Shown here one piece after another: positions 42,100 to 58,066 of a DNA stretch of 64,000 nucleotides. A program made the position numbers and the translations under genes. The notes beneath the pieces were generated by a model. That model did not search any database. It had not been told where the DNA came from and was given only the letters and a program-made list of their open reading frames with translations. Source of the DNA: Octopus vulgaris (taxonomy: Eukaryota); assembly GCA_951406725.2 (NCBI GenBank), contig OX597825.1, forward strand, positions 42,966,001-43,030,000. Direction: 5' to 3'. Numbering within the stretch: position 1 is the first letter of the stretch; each line of letters starts with the position of its first letter.

Positions 42100-43788
42100 A
42101 ATGCTTACCACTAAGTTCTTAAGTTCAATTTGAAAATTCTTCTTTTTGTCCTCCAGACTTTTGCCAAGCGCAGCAGATACAGTTGCATCAAAGAGAACGG
42201 GAGCACTAAAGAGATAACCGGAATCATCAACTTGTCCTGCTATTCACCATCATAAACTTATATTCAAGTGGCGTAAGGCTTCTCGCAATTATCAACTACA
42301 ACGACAATTCACTAACAAGTGCGGACCTCTTCAACAACTTTCGTTGGACGTATTCCACCGATTAGCGTAATTCAGCTCGTTATGTTCGGGAAGTCTTCCA
42401 CTTCGGTGGGTTTGGATATTGACAGATATGGCGCCTTATTCCACTCGAAGAGCACCAATGGCCCGACTTGTTGAGGAAGGAAATAATACGGTTCCTGAAC
42501 ACCTTCGGACTTAATAACACCATTGATACCAACCCAACTGTAATGAAGTTCCTGGGCGTGTCGTTAAAACTGCAAAATGATATTTAGAAGTCTTACATGA
42601 AACCAAACGATAGACTTTGTAATATTAATGCAAAATTTTAGTGAAGAACATAAGTAGGAGGTTCTCGAACCTCTTCTCCACTATAAAAACCTTTGACAAA
42701 GTCTTGCCCCTTTACAACAATGAAGGAGAAAAAGGCGCCGAAAGATAATCTGACTTCCCATGCTCTAGATGTAGGCAAAATGTTTTTGTCGTTTATAGAC
42801 AAGCACTTACCTACCCACTATAGTTGTAAGAAACTCCTTAACATACAACATAATATTTGTTCTAGTTCTACTCCCTATATAATTGTATGTATAAACTGCA
42901 ACCAGAGAAACCAACTGTTCTCGCAGAAACAGGGACCTGTGCCCAATGATCCTACAAGACCGAAGCTATCAAATATTACACGTCCGTCAGAGCAACCAAT
43001 GTGGAAAAGACTCTCTACAAAGATATATGAGGGAATTTCAGAAGGAACTTCAAGGCAATGGTGAACAATCGTACCTTCTCCTTTAGGTATCAAAGCAAGC
43101 AAAAGGCAATAAAGCTTTCTAGCAATATATGGGACTTAAACGAGAAAGCTATAAGCAATACAATCAGCAAGAAAATCCTGGCAAGAGATAAATCCTGTAC
43201 AAATGACAGAATCCCGAAGAGCGCAGTGGACATCAATAAATGTCAAAATGCCAAAAGAGAAATCTTTGGTAGCTGCCCGTATGTCATCATGTACATTTTG
43301 AAATTTTACTCTCCTTCTCATCAAGCTCAACAAGGAATGCTACAAACTTCTTATCTTATACAGTCCTATATGATACCTTCTAGTGTATTCGATTTTAAAT
43401 TTCTTCTCTGTTTTTATTTTTATTATCGTTTCATGGTCTTTCTAAATTGTTAACTATTTTTCATGCATTATTATATTATATACTTCTTTATTCTTATATT
43501 TCTTTGTTTTAACATTTATTTTTTTATTATTCTTTTTATCTTATTCCATTATATTTCAATGTATAATTATGACTAAGTGTTTCTTATAAGCCATATATTA
43601 CGACTGAACTTCATCCCCTAACAGCCTTCGCATACCTAGGTATATGCGTGCGCGCCTACGAATCTCTAACTCTCTCTCTCTATTTCTCTTTCTCTCTCTA
43701 TCTATATCTATTTAGCTAGCTATCTAGTTATCTATTTGCATGTGTGCGTCTGTGTGTATGTGTGTGCTGAGTGTGTGTTTGTGTGTGT

Positions 43789-43834
<46 letters not shown>

Positions 43835-44700
43835 ACGTATGCGCATGTATACGCATATTTTCCTTTTTATCTTACATCTTAAGGTTTATTAGATTTCCAT
43901 TTCGAATTCTTCATTTTAATTCCATATTTCATTTTAAGTTGTTTCTAATTTTAATTTTATTTCTAAGTTTTTTTTATATCTTTAACTTTATAAGTTTAAA
44001 TTTTTTTAATACGTTGATATTTTCTTTATTGATTAATTTTTGAATTTTAGTTAAAATTTTTATATTTTATCTTTAAGGTTTTTGGAAGACTGATTAAATT
44101 TGGAGGACAGTGGTAAGACATTTTGGGGGATTCTCAGTCTTGATTTATAGTTTCAATTTTTATTTTTATATTTTTATATTTTATATTTTTATTTTTTAAT
44201 TCTTTAAAGAATTCTTTAAATGTTTCTTAAAAGTCGTATAAATTTCTAAATAATTTGATTTTAGTTTTAACCTTAATATATTGTTTTTAATCTAACCTTT
44301 TAATCCATTCTTTTATTCTTATTCTCATTTTTATTTCTAAGTTTGAGAAACTGTGTTCTTTCTTTCTTTCTCTATTTATTTATTTATTTATTTATTTACT
44401 ATCAAGCGTCTTTTTTTTGTCAATCACTTAATACATGATGTATTATACTTTTATCATATGTTAATCTTCACCAAAACCATACTGTAGTTTTCGCCAATAT
44501 TTTCAAACAAGAGTGGGAGAGTTGTTTCCCTTGAATGATCAAATATCCAGTGGCACGTATTTTGCTCAACTGCGGTATTTTACTTTTTTCAGTGACGAGG
44601 CAAGTATGCACTTAACTTACATAAGCTGATGAAGAGCAGCAATCATTGAATTGTTGACACCGAAACTTACAGTCCTGGATGTAAGTTTTCATACCTATCA
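42100..44700 (+). mobile_element. Degenerate Penelope-like element (RT end, GIY-YIG, AT/microsatellite-rich 3' region, hammerhead)
   Basis: YMKPND, FLSFIDKHLP, YEGISEGT..NNRTFSFR..LSSNIWDL..ISKKILAR; hammerhead motif at 44622-44678. Confidence 0.7.
44622..44678 (+). ncRNA. Hammerhead-like motif with weak stem I
   Basis: CTGATGA at 44626; stem II CAGCAAT/ATTGTTG; GAAA at 44662; ACT-tac-AGT stem III; GTC triplet. Confidence 0.5.
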
Positions 44701-44999
44701 TTTAATTATTTATATATTAGCGCTAGAGGCAGCATTTATACCAAGCAGTAATATTTATCCTCCACATCCTGAGTATTTTGTGGTAGTGACCATGAGAGAA
44801 ACTGTCATACTGGCCTTTTGATGCAGAATGCACTCTTGGTTTCCTTTGTTTGTTTGTTTTTTGTTTTATGCTATCGGAAAGCCTCCAACACCTCCAAAAG
44901 AAAAGGGATTTTGTCTTTGTTTACTCTTGTAAATGATGGTTACTTGACCGCTAAAGGCAGCAGTGATTCACCTTCCCATCAGCGATATATAGATTGACA

Positions 45000-45930
45000 A
45001 TGCCCAAGTCCCACGATTCAGACTAATAGTCATGCTGAATTTGCTCTCAGCACTTCACCTGCAGCTATCGAAAAGAAAGCCAATGCACTGAGCCAAGGTG
45101 TCAAGCATCTCACCACTATCACCATCACCAACTACGACATGGATATAGCCAGTGAATTCACCTACATCGGCTCTACCCCGACTGATAACCTCACCTGAGA
45201 TCAGCAGGGTAGTTGGACGAGCATCCTCCTTATTTGTCAGGTTGCAGAAGAGAGTCAGGAGAACAGAAAACTGGCAACAAACACCGAGATTGCTGTCTAT
45301 AAGGCGTGCATCCTCAGCACGCTACTTTAAGGAGCGAGACGCCTCTACTCCAGACAGGAGCAGCGTCTCAATGTCTTCAACCCCTGTAGTAAGAGACGCA
45401 TTTTGGCTATTATATGGAACCGATCGCATCACCAACACTGAAACCCTCAACCGCGCCAATATGACCAGCATATTCACCCTGCTCCAACAGTGCCGTCTGC
45501 CCTGGCTCGGTCATGTATATCGTATGCCGGACGGGAAGATCCCAAAAGGTCTCCTGTATGGAAGATTGGCTACCAATACAAGAGCAAGAGGACGACCTCG
45601 TCTTCATTTCAAAGACGTCTACAAGAGTAATATTAAGTCAATAGATTAAATTCTGGAAGTCCTGAGATGAGAGAAGTTTACAAAAAATATACAAGCTGGA
45701 GACTAATACTATGCAAGTGGTATGAACGAAGGGAAGAAAAACTGGAGCTGTCCACCGAAGAAAAGCGCGCACGAAGAAAAGGGAAAGTCAGTAGTGCCGG
45801 TGGAGAGATTCTTCAAATGCAGTCAAATGCAGTGAGAATGTTACTTCCGTGTGGACCACGGTAACCACAGCAGACGATGAACCACTATCGGTAGCTGACA
45901 CAAATTCTCCCTTCGCAGATCCACGGATGT
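45000..45930 (+). mobile_element. Old RTE LINE 3' fragment followed by (ATCT)n
   Basis: EFTYIGS, YKACILSTL, CRLPWLGHVYRMPDGKIPKGLLYG..RGRPRLHFKD. Confidence 0.85.
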
Positions 45931-45932
45931 CG

Positions 45933-46004
<72 letters not shown>

Positions 46005-46080
46005 GTCTGTCTGTCTATGTATCAATCTGACTCTCTCATTTTCTTTTTACTCTCTCTTTCTCTCTCTCTCTGTCTCTCTG

Positions 46081-47290
<1,210 letters not shown>

Positions 47291-47703
47291 TTTATATATA
47301 TATAAAACTCAACTTGTATGTCTGTTCACTTGAAGAGAATAACAAGTTGCATAATGCAAAGTTTTACTTTTCAAAAATTCCAATTCTAAAGGGTCGAAAC
47401 AAACCCAAGCAACACCGGTGATACTGCTAGTATATATATAAATTTTGAAAACGGAGAGATCCGATAGATGCAAATTTTTACCTACAATTCTTTCATTTCG
47501 CTTCCAATTTAAACTACAAAACATATATAGATATATATTCTTGCATTTCAAAATACATCTGAGTAGAAAAGAGGATTACATTAAGATTTTTCAGAATACT
47601 CCAATAGACTATAAATATATAATCATGTTTATTATGTGTGTATGTGTATGTATGTATTCATGCGTGCGCTAAAATCATTACTTTTATTTTTAATTCTATA
47701 AAG

Positions 47704-47795
<92 letters not shown>

Positions 47796-48473
47796 GCAGT
47801 TACAGTATATATGTGTAAATAATATCACGAAGTAATACTTTAAAGGATACAACTAGTATAGCTGCAGAGTATAAAATATACATCCTTAATTATCTCTTAC
47901 TTAAGTTAAAATTAAAATGATCAATTATGAAGGAATTACCCATGTTTAAGTATTGGAAGATTATAATATATATGCATAAACATTCATATGCACATATAAA
48001 TATATATATGAGGTCATTTTCTTTACAATTTTACCAACATATCTTCAGGTTCTATTTTAAAATATCGTTAATCTAATTTTACATAATCTTAAAATTAAAT
48101 GTTAAATTAACAATTAAATTAAACATTAAAATTATAGTTCATAAATTTAAGAATTAAAAATTAAGATTTAAAAATTATAGATTATACATTATAAAGATGA
48201 ATTAATATACATATAAGAAACTTATAAAAATCAAGCATATAATGTCAAATACAAGATGTAAGATATAAAATATACATCAGAATCAAATGTCAGTGATTAA
48301 ATGTGAAAAATAACGTAAAATGTGCAAATATATATCCTCCTATGATGGAACCAAGGGTTGTACCTGATTGATTTGGAAATTCGTTTTTCCCAAATTATTT
48401 TAATTCATATACGTATATCTATCTATCTATATATGTATCTATCTATGTATCTATCTATGTATCTATATATCTA

Positions 48474-48530
<57 letters not shown>

Positions 48531-48536
<6 letters not shown>

Positions 48537-49111
48537 GATTATTTTCGAAATTTTTTCTCTTATGAGGTCTTTCACGCTATCTACCTGACAATTTCTTGTT
48601 AAGTTTTCCTTATTAAGTAGTTGTCCTTAATTGCTAAATTTTTATTCCGAAAAAACTTTTCCTTTCCCGAAATTCAATTCGTAAAAGTCTGCCATTTACC
48701 GGATGTAATATATGTAAACTCACCCATGTGCTTCGTTGATGTTGATCAGTTAGCTGATCGGCTTAAGCGAGGCAAGGTCGTTTATTTATGATACGTCCAG
48801 GCCTGCTGATGAATACGTAAGTATGAAATCACTGTGATACAGGTCTATATTTTTTAAATGTCTTACTTTGAAAAATTGCATTCGGTGGGATTAGTAAAAT
48901 TTTTGGTAGAAATGACTAATTGTCCCTCTTAGCGTGTGGCATGTATGTATAATGCCCTCTGGCATGTATGTATAATGCCCTCTATATATAAATTAATATG
49001 TTCAATAAGAAATAATTATTTTCGAATTTTTTTCTCTTATGAGGTCTTTCACGCTATCTACCTGACAATTTCTTGTTAAGTTTTCCTTATTAAGTAGTTG
49101 TCCTTAATTGC

Positions 49112-49116
<5 letters not shown>
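48531..49116 (+). mobile_element. Terminally redundant non-coding element with hammerhead (retrozyme/pLTR-like) in (TA)n
   Basis: Direct repeats 48531-48639 and 49008-49116; HHR at 48799-48846; (TA)n on both sides. Confidence 0.8.
48799..48846 (+). ncRNA. Canonical type I hammerhead ribozyme
   Basis: AGGCCTG-CTGATGA-ATAC GTAA GTAT-GAAA-TCA CTG TGA-TA-CAGGTCT: 7-bp stem I, 4-bp stem II with GNRA loop, complete core; predicted cleavage after A48839. Confidence 0.9.
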
Positions 49117-49210
<94 letters not shown>

Positions 49211-49274
49211 GTGTATATATGTATGTATATATATATATGTGTGTGTGTGCATGTATATATGTATATATATATGT

Positions 49275-49325
<51 letters not shown>

Positions 49326-49394
49326 TGCATATGTATACATATATAATGTATTTGTGTGTGTATATATATATATATATATATAAATAAATATATA

Positions 49395-49915
49395 TATTAC
49401 AAATTGAGATAGGGGTTGTGAGTGCAACCCACCATGGGATAATATATATCCAATATACTCCCTGTAAAGCACCCAACAAAGTTAATACATAAATGTTAAG
49501 AATTGCGATGCAATTAATTCATTTATTGTATTATATGGGCGAAGGTAACATGTTTTACCACAAATTCATAATACAAAATAAGAAAATGGAGAAATACACC
49601 TTAATCAATAATCAACTACCAGACAATACCCATTCACATAATTTATTAACCAACTACATATGAACATCAAGGTCAAACATAATAGTACAGAACAAAACAG
49701 TGCACATCAATGAGTAATATGATACAATAAGTACAATATATATAAATAAATAAAAATAAATATGAATATAAATATAAACTATATCTTACTGCTGTTTCAG
49801 CCATGTAGATATGAGTATCTCATTATGCTCATATTAGCCAGGTGTGATAAGTTAATATGTGATTATAAATGATACACTTACAAATATACCCCCAGGCCTC
49901 TTCAGAGAATAAAGT
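49395..49915 (-). mobile_element. PLE pLTR-like repeat with long-stem-II hammerhead (49783-49911)
   Basis: Minus strand TCT-CTGAAGA-GGCC..(~90 nt)..GGCT-GAAA-CAGCAG-TA-AGA; 49400-49700 has a diverged direct copy at 59055-59340. Confidence 0.6.
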
Positions 49916-50658
49916 ACAATCTAAACATGAATATCAGAGAAGGTACACCCATACAAGTATGAGTACATATACATAATATATAATATACACATTCATATAA
50001 GCGTATATACACATGCACCTATATATATATACGTATATACATAATAATATATAATAATATACATACATATATATAATGTTACAGTTAGTCAAATCAATAT
50101 ATTAGAATATCATAATAATATACAAACATACACATATCCATATACAAATGTACATATACAAAGTCAAGAATTCATTATAATTTTAGATCTATATTTTTTC
50201 CTTTATTCTAACGTGTCAAAGTACTCGGAATCTATAGGCTGATTGTTGTGATGATGTGCATGGGTTTTATAAGGTCTCTGCATTCTCTGTGAATGTTATT
50301 GTGACCACTTGATATTGACCTAGTTCTCCTAACGCCAAATCTGTTTATCAAATAGTAGTACTTGGCATTGTAGTTGTGACAATCCTGTTCCCTACATAAA
50401 TTCCTTTATATGGAACTCTGACATCACCTTCACCCCATTTCTATAAATAGAAGATCTGTATTGTCTCCTTTCATTTGTTCTTTCCTCTCAGAACCTTACA
50501 GTTGTCCGGAACAACTGAATTTTAGTCAGTCATTTGATGGGCTCCACTACTACAAATATTCTTAAAACTTAAATCCACATCTTTGTCTATATATCTACCA
50601 TCTCTGTAATGTTACCGCTTGATATGAAAATGTTATATTAATGGAAAACCTCTATAAA

Positions 50659-50742
50659 TGGCTGATGAGTGCTCAGCATTTTAAAACTGTTGGAATACTT
50701 ACAACATTTAATAAAATGATGTAGTGCGAAACGATCGTACCA
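50659..50742 (+). ncRNA. Minimal type I hammerhead with palindromic stem III
   Basis: TGG-CTGATGA-GTGCT...AGTGC-GAAA-CGATCG-TA-CCA; ACGATCGT palindrome; GUA triplet ending at 50739. Confidence 0.7.
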
Positions 50743-50913
50743 AATTACCGGAGTTATTCTTGTTGCTTATTTTGATTATAATCATCCCACGGATTTATAT
50801 GGATAACGCTATACAGAATTCTGGTGCATCTAAATTACATACCATATTCATTTGAATCTAAATTTTTGCTGAACTTATATATATATATATATATATACAT
50901 ATATGTATGTATA

Positions 50914-51315
50914 TAGGCGCAGGAGTGGCTGTGTGGTAAGCAGCTTTCTAACCAACTACATGGTTCCGGGTTCAGTCCTACTGCGTGGCATCTTGGGCAA
51001 GTGTCTTCTGCTATAGCCCCGGGCCGACCAATGCCTTGTGAGTGGATTTGGTAGACGGAAACTGAAAGAAGCCTGTCGTATATATGTAATATATATAAGT
51101 GTGTGTGTATATGTTTGTGTGTCTGTGTTTGTCCCCCTAGCATTGCTTGACAACCGATGCTGGTGTGTTTACGTCCCCGTCAATTAGCGGTTCGGCAAAA
51201 GAGACCGATAGAATAAGTACTGGGCTTACAAAGAATAAGTCCCGGGGTCGATTTGCTCGACTAAAGGCGGTGCTCCAGCATGGCCGCAGTCAAATGACTG
51301 AAACAAGTAAAAGAG
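50914..51315 (+). mobile_element. tRNA-derived SINE with internal microsatellite
   Basis: A-box TGGCTGTGTGGTAAG, B-box GGGTTCAGTCC, CORE-like CTTGGGCAAGTGTC, 3' GAAACAAGTAAAAGAG. Confidence 0.8.
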
Positions 51316-51648
51316 AGAGAGAGTAAAGAGTATATATAAGCAACATGTACGGAAATCCATAGTTTATATACCACTATGCGTGTTCATGCGTATATATGTT
51401 CTTTCAAAGTATATAAGACCAAAAATATATGTTCTTTCAAAGTATATAAGGCCAAAAATAAAAAATAAAAATGAAAATAAAATATAAAAATAAGAATACA
51501 AAAATAATAATATAAAATAAAAGGAGAAGAAAGTAAACATTACATGAAAGGGAAATATATTTATACTTGAAGATAAATTTATTTCGATTTATTTCACTTT
51601 CATGCAATCTATTTTATTTACTTTTTGTCTTTATTTTATTATAGATTT

Positions 51649-52040
51649 TGTGGAGACGCAATGGCCCAGTGGTTAGGGCAGCGGACTCGCGGCCATAGGA
51701 TGGCGGTTTCGATTCCCAGACCGGGCGTTGTGAGTGTTTATTGAGCGAAAACACCTAAAAGCTCCACGAGGCTCCGGCAGGGGATGTTGGTGATCCCTGC
51801 TGTACTCTTTCACCACAACTTTCTCTCACTCTTACTTCCTATTTCTGTTGTACATGTATTTCAAGAGGCCGGCCTTGTCACTCTCTGTGTTACGCTGAAT
51901 ATCCCCGAGAACTACGTTACGGGTGCACGTGTCTGTGGAGTGCTCAGCCACTTACACGTTAATTTCACGAGCAGGCTGTTCCGTTGATTCGGATCAACCG
52001 GAACCCTCATCGTCGTAACCGACGGAGTGCTTCCATCCAT
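51649..52040 (+). mobile_element. tRNA-derived SINE
   Basis: A-box TGGCCCAGTGGTT, B-box GTTTCGATTCCC; GC-rich insert within AT-rich DNA. Confidence 0.8.
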
Positions 52041-52174
52041 TATTGATTTTATTTTTATTTTTGCTTTTATATACTTTAATTTATATATCTTAATAAGTAT
52101 CCTAGAAGAAGCATATATATGCATGCACATGTATATTGGTGTATAAACTATTGACATTCATACTTGTTGCGCGT

Positions 52175-52225
<51 letters not shown>

Positions 52226-52308
52226 GGTCCCGGGTTGATTCGGGGTTAACCACAGTAAGTAAGGTACTCAATACATAGCAGAGTAAAATTAATTTATTAT
52301 ATAGAAGG

Positions 52309-52359
52309 AGCTTCTACAGGACTAGTACTGTTTCATTCAAGAGAAATCTTCAGGAAGCT
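52309..52359 (-). ncRNA. Type I hammerhead (left arm)
   Basis: Exact reverse complement of 58896-58946. Confidence 0.78.
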
Positions 52360-52539
52360 ATTTAACAAGAATTGTATTAGCATTTATACATTTAGGCAGG
52401 TTTAAAGGAGTGGTGGTGGGGGACTTTTTGGGGGGTAGGCATAGCGCAAAATATCATACTTGGGGGAGTGGTCAAGGAGTCAGTGGTAAGTTAGATGAAA
52501 GAATAGATAAATAAAAAAATAAAAAAATAAAAAATATAA

Positions 52540-52570
<31 letters not shown>

Positions 52571-53186
52571 ATAAAATAAAAAAATAAAAAAATAAAAAAT
52601 ATAAAAAATATATATAAAAAAATATATATATAAAATATATATATACAAAAATATATATATAAAAAGGGGGGGATAGAGTTATAGGTAAATAAGGAGATTC
52701 TCACTTATACCTATACACACATGTATACGTATCTACACACACATACATACATACACATATATATACACACACATATACATATATACATATATATACATAC
52801 ATATACATACCTACACATACACACATACATACATACAAATATACATATACATATATATATATACAATCCAATACAGGCCCATTCCCTAATTTTAATTTTA
52901 TTATCTTCATTTATTACTTTTGTTATCTTTGATCGCTAGGGCTAAGAATCCTGGCAATGGCTGCAGTCCATTTGTCTGTCTACTAGAAGGCAAGTACTCA
53001 TTCCCGCACGCACACTCATTAGCACGTACATTCACCCATTCGTACACTCATACACATACACGTACGCACGCGTTATATTCATACATACAAACATCTACAT
53101 ACGTTCACGTATATACACATACGTACTCGTACCTACAGATTCGTGTCTACACTTTAGGAGGCTAGACTATACATATACACCAATAA

Positions 53187-53218
<32 letters not shown>

Positions 53219-53835
53219 ACACTATACATACACACACACACATATATACTCCTACATACAGATACATACCTATATATATATATATATATATATATACATG
53301 CATACATATATATATATATATATATATACACATACATACACATACACACATACATATACACACACATACATACACATATATATATACATACACAAACATA
53401 TATACACACATATATATATACATACACACATACACACATACATACGTATACATACATACATACATCCATACATCCATACTTACATGCATTTATACGCATA
53501 CACACACCCATCTATATATATGCATATATATATACATATATATATATATACACACTCACACATACATATACAAATCCACGCACACACATACATACATACA
53601 CGTATACGCATACACGCACATACACATATACATGCGTACCCATACACGTGCACACACGCACGCGCATCCATATATATACACACACACACATATATATACA
53701 CGTGTGCAAGCATACATACATACTCATACGCGCACACATACTTACAAATACATATATGCACACACTTACACACATATATATACATACACATATACATGCA
53801 TACATACATATATGCATACATACACACACGCACTC

Positions 53836-53868
<33 letters not shown>

Positions 53869-53941
53869 TACATATATATACATATATATATACATACATA
53901 GATACACATACGCATACATACACATACACATACATACACAC

Positions 53942-53986
<45 letters not shown>

Positions 53987-54195
53987 TACATATATACACA
54001 CATACATACATATACATACACACACATACATATATACATATACACTGATACACATACCCATACTTACACATGCATATACTTATATCACTACATACTCACA
54101 TATATAAACATATATACATATACACACATACATATATACATGTACATACACATACGTATGCATATATATACATATACATATATATACACATATAC

Positions 54196-54234
<39 letters not shown>

Positions 54235-54486
54235 TACACACATATACATGTATACATACGCAAAAATGATACACATATATACACATACACACACACAGAC
54301 AGATGCATATACATACATATATATATATAAACTACATATCTATATAAATACATACATAATACACATATACACACACATATATATACATTCATGCATATAC
54401 ATATACAAGTATACACATACATACATACACACATACATACATATACACACACACATATATACACATACATACATACATACACACAT

Positions 54487-54529
<43 letters not shown>

Positions 54530-54908
54530 CACGTACACATATACATATGTATATATATATCAACAAGGGAGGGTAAAGTTAATTAGTTATTAATCAATTT
54601 CATCAAGTGTTCAGTATGTAAAGGGACCATTATTATTTTGAGTAAACAATGTTAGAGGGAAAAAATTCTCTAAGTAGTGGAAGAGGCTAAAAAACTTTAT
54701 TGGCTGCTATTTCTAGAAAGTTTAGTATGTGGCAAAGTAATTTATTTTATTTTCTAATCCCTAATTATATAATATTTTATACATACATACACATACATAA
54801 GCACATACATTTACACATACATATGCATATACATATATACACATATACATACAAACACATATACACATATACACACACACACACATACAAGCACATACAT
54901 ATATATAT

Positions 54909-54951
<43 letters not shown>

Positions 54952-55212
54952 AATATATATACATATATATTTTTACATGCATACATACACACACACACAC
55001 ATAATACATGCGTATATTCCTACTGTACCCATGCATTTCTATACAAATATACATACATACATACGATACACATATACAAGCGTGCACATATAATATGTGA
55101 AAGGTCTTAGGAGAAAAGGTAATCGGGGGTGCTAGGGGAACAGTGGGGTTGGGGGGGGGGGGTAGGGGGGGTTGTGTGGGGGGGGGGGGTTGTAGGGGGC
55201 GGTTGGTTGTCA

Positions 55213-55604
55213 TCAATCAGGTTGCCGGGTAGGTCTATAGTTCTTGTAGTTCGCATACTTCTTATGCATACAATTTGGGGAGTGTTCTGAAAATTTGTTA
55301 AGGAGAGGGCCTTTGGCGAACAAGATCTCTAGGCTCTCTGACATGCATAGGTCACAGCAGGTATGTCCTCCTGTGTACGAGCGCGCCTTCTGTAGTAGTT
55401 TCCACTTGGTCTTGAAGGGGATTGAGTTCCTTTTAAGGTACCAGATGTGGGCGGCGAGGGTAGTTTGGTTGGATTTATCCTGTCGCCGGAACGAGTGTGT
55501 ATGTGCATACCAGCGGGTCTTAAAGCTGTTTGACGTCATTCCAATGTAGGATTTACTTTTATCGTCAAGGCCTGATCTTACCTCGCATTTATATACTAGG
55601 TCCC
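55213..55604 (-). pseudogene. PLE GIY-YIG endonuclease C-terminal fragment (left arm)
   Basis: Mirror of 55619-56010 with one amino-acid difference (CMSES vs CISES). Confidence 0.85.
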
Positions 55605-55605
55605 A

Positions 55606-56010
55606 AACTGCCTACAGAGGGACCTAGTATATAAATGCGAGGTAAGATCAGGCCTTGACGATAAAAGTAAATCCTACATTGGAATGACGTCAAACAGCTT
55701 TAAGACCCGCTGGTATGCACATACACACTCGTTCCGGCGACAGGATAAATCCAACCAAACTACCCTCGCCGCCCACATCTGGTACCTTAAAAGGAACTCA
55801 ATCCCCTTCAAGACCAAGTGGAAACTACTACAGAAGGCGCGCTCGTACACAGGAGGACATACCTGCTGTGACCTATGCATATCAGAGAGCCTAGAGATCT
55901 TGTTCGCCAAAGGCCCTCTCCTTAACAAATTTTCAGAACACTCCCCAAATTGTATGCATAAGAAGTATGCGAACTACAAGAACTATAGACCTACCCGGCA
56001 ACCTGATTGA
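55606..56010 (+). pseudogene. PLE GIY-YIG endonuclease domain, 5'-truncated, no RT
   Basis: NCLQRDLVYKCEV...KSYIGMTSNSFKTRWYAH..SFR...TTLAAHIW.LK...W...CDLCISE...LLN...CMH: VY/YIG motif, catalytic R and E, PLE-type Cys/His residues. Confidence 0.88.
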
Positions 56011-56284
56011 TGACAACCAACCCCCCCTACAACTCCCCCCCAACCCCCCCCCCTACAACCCCCCCCCCTACAAACCCCCCCCCCAACCCCACTTGTCCCC
56101 TAGCACCCCCGATTACCTTTTCTCCTAAGACCTTTCACATATTATATGTGCACGCTTGTATATGTGTATCGTATGTATGTATGTATATTTGTATAGAAAT
56201 GCATGGGTACAGTAGGAATATACGCATGTATTATGTGTGTGTGTGTGTATGTATGCATGTAAAAAAATATATATGTATATATAT

Positions 56285-56329
<45 letters not shown>

Positions 56330-56709
56330 ATATATATATGTATGTGCTTGTATGTGTGTGTGTGTGTATATGTGTATATGTGTTTGTATGTATATGTGTA
56401 TATATGTATATGCATATGTATGTGTAAATGTATGTGCTTATGTATGTGTATGTATGTATAAAATATTATATAATTAGGGATTAGGAAAATAAAATAAATT
56501 ACTTTGCCACATACTAAACTTTCTAGAAATAGCAGCCAATAAAGTTTTTTAGCCTCTTCCACTACTTAGAGAATTTTTTCCCTCTAACATTGTTTACTCA
56601 AAATAATAATGGTCCCTTTACATACTGAACACTTGATGAAATTGATTAATAACTAATTAACTTTACCCTCCCTTGTTGATATATATATACATATGTATAT
56701 GTGTACGTG

Positions 56710-56758
<49 letters not shown>

Positions 56759-57014
56759 ATGTGTGTATGTATGTATGTATTTGTATATATGTGTGTGTGT
56801 ATATGTATGTGTGCGCGTGTGTGTGTATGTATGTGTATACTTGTATATGTATATGCATGAATGTATATATATGTGTGTGTATATGTGTATTATGTATGTA
56901 TTTATATAGATATGTAGTTTATATATATATATGTATGTATATGCATCTGTCTGTGTGTGTGTATGTGTATATATGTGTATCATTTTTGCGTATGTATACA
57001 TGTATATGTGTGTA

Positions 57015-57053
<39 letters not shown>

Positions 57054-57385
57054 GTATATGTGTATATATATGTATATGTATATATATGCATACGTATGTG
57101 TATGTACATGTATATATGTATGTGTGTATATGTATATATGTTTATATATGTGAGTATGTAGTGATATAAGTATATGCATGTGTAAGTATGGGTATGTGTA
57201 TCAGTGTATATGTATATATGTATGTGTGTGTGTATGTATATGTATGTATGTGTGTATATATGTATGTGTATATGTGTTATATATATATATATATATATAT
57301 ATGTGTATATATGTGTGTATGTATGTGTATGTGTATGTATGCGTATGTGTATCTATGTATGTATATATATATGTATATATATGTA

Positions 57386-57418
<33 letters not shown>

Positions 57419-57917
57419 GAGTGCGTGTGTGTATGTATGCATATATGTATGTATGCATGTATATGTGTATGTATATATATGTGTGTAAGTGTGTGCATAT
57501 ATGTATTTGTAAGTATGTGTGCGCGTATGAGTATGTATGTATGCTTGCACACGTGTATATATATGTGTGTGTGTGTATATATATGGATGCGCGTGCGTGT
57601 GTGCACGTGTATGGGTACGCATGTATATGTGTATGTGCGTGTATGCGTATACGTGTATGTATGTATGTGTGTGCGTGGATTTGTATATGTATGTGTGAGT
57701 GTGTATATATATATATATGTATATATATATGCATATATATAGATGGGTGTGTGTATGCGTATAAATGCATGTAAGTATGGATGTATGGATGTATGTATGT
57801 ATGTATACGTATGTATGTGTGTATGTGTGTATGTATATATATATGTGTGTATATATGTTTGTGTATGTATATATATGTGTATGTATGTGTGTGTATATGT
57901 ATGTGTGTATGTGTATG

Positions 57918-57948
<31 letters not shown>

Positions 57949-58023
57949 GTATGCATGTATATATATATATATATATATATAGGTATGTATCTGTATGTAG
58001 GAGTATATATGTGTGTGTGTGTA

Positions 58024-58066
<43 letters not shown>

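Noticed and set aside
51649-51725. tRNA-like sequences (also at ~16200, 37390 and 50916)
   Set aside because: No complete cloverleaf or acceptor stem; they are SINE heads, not tRNA genes.
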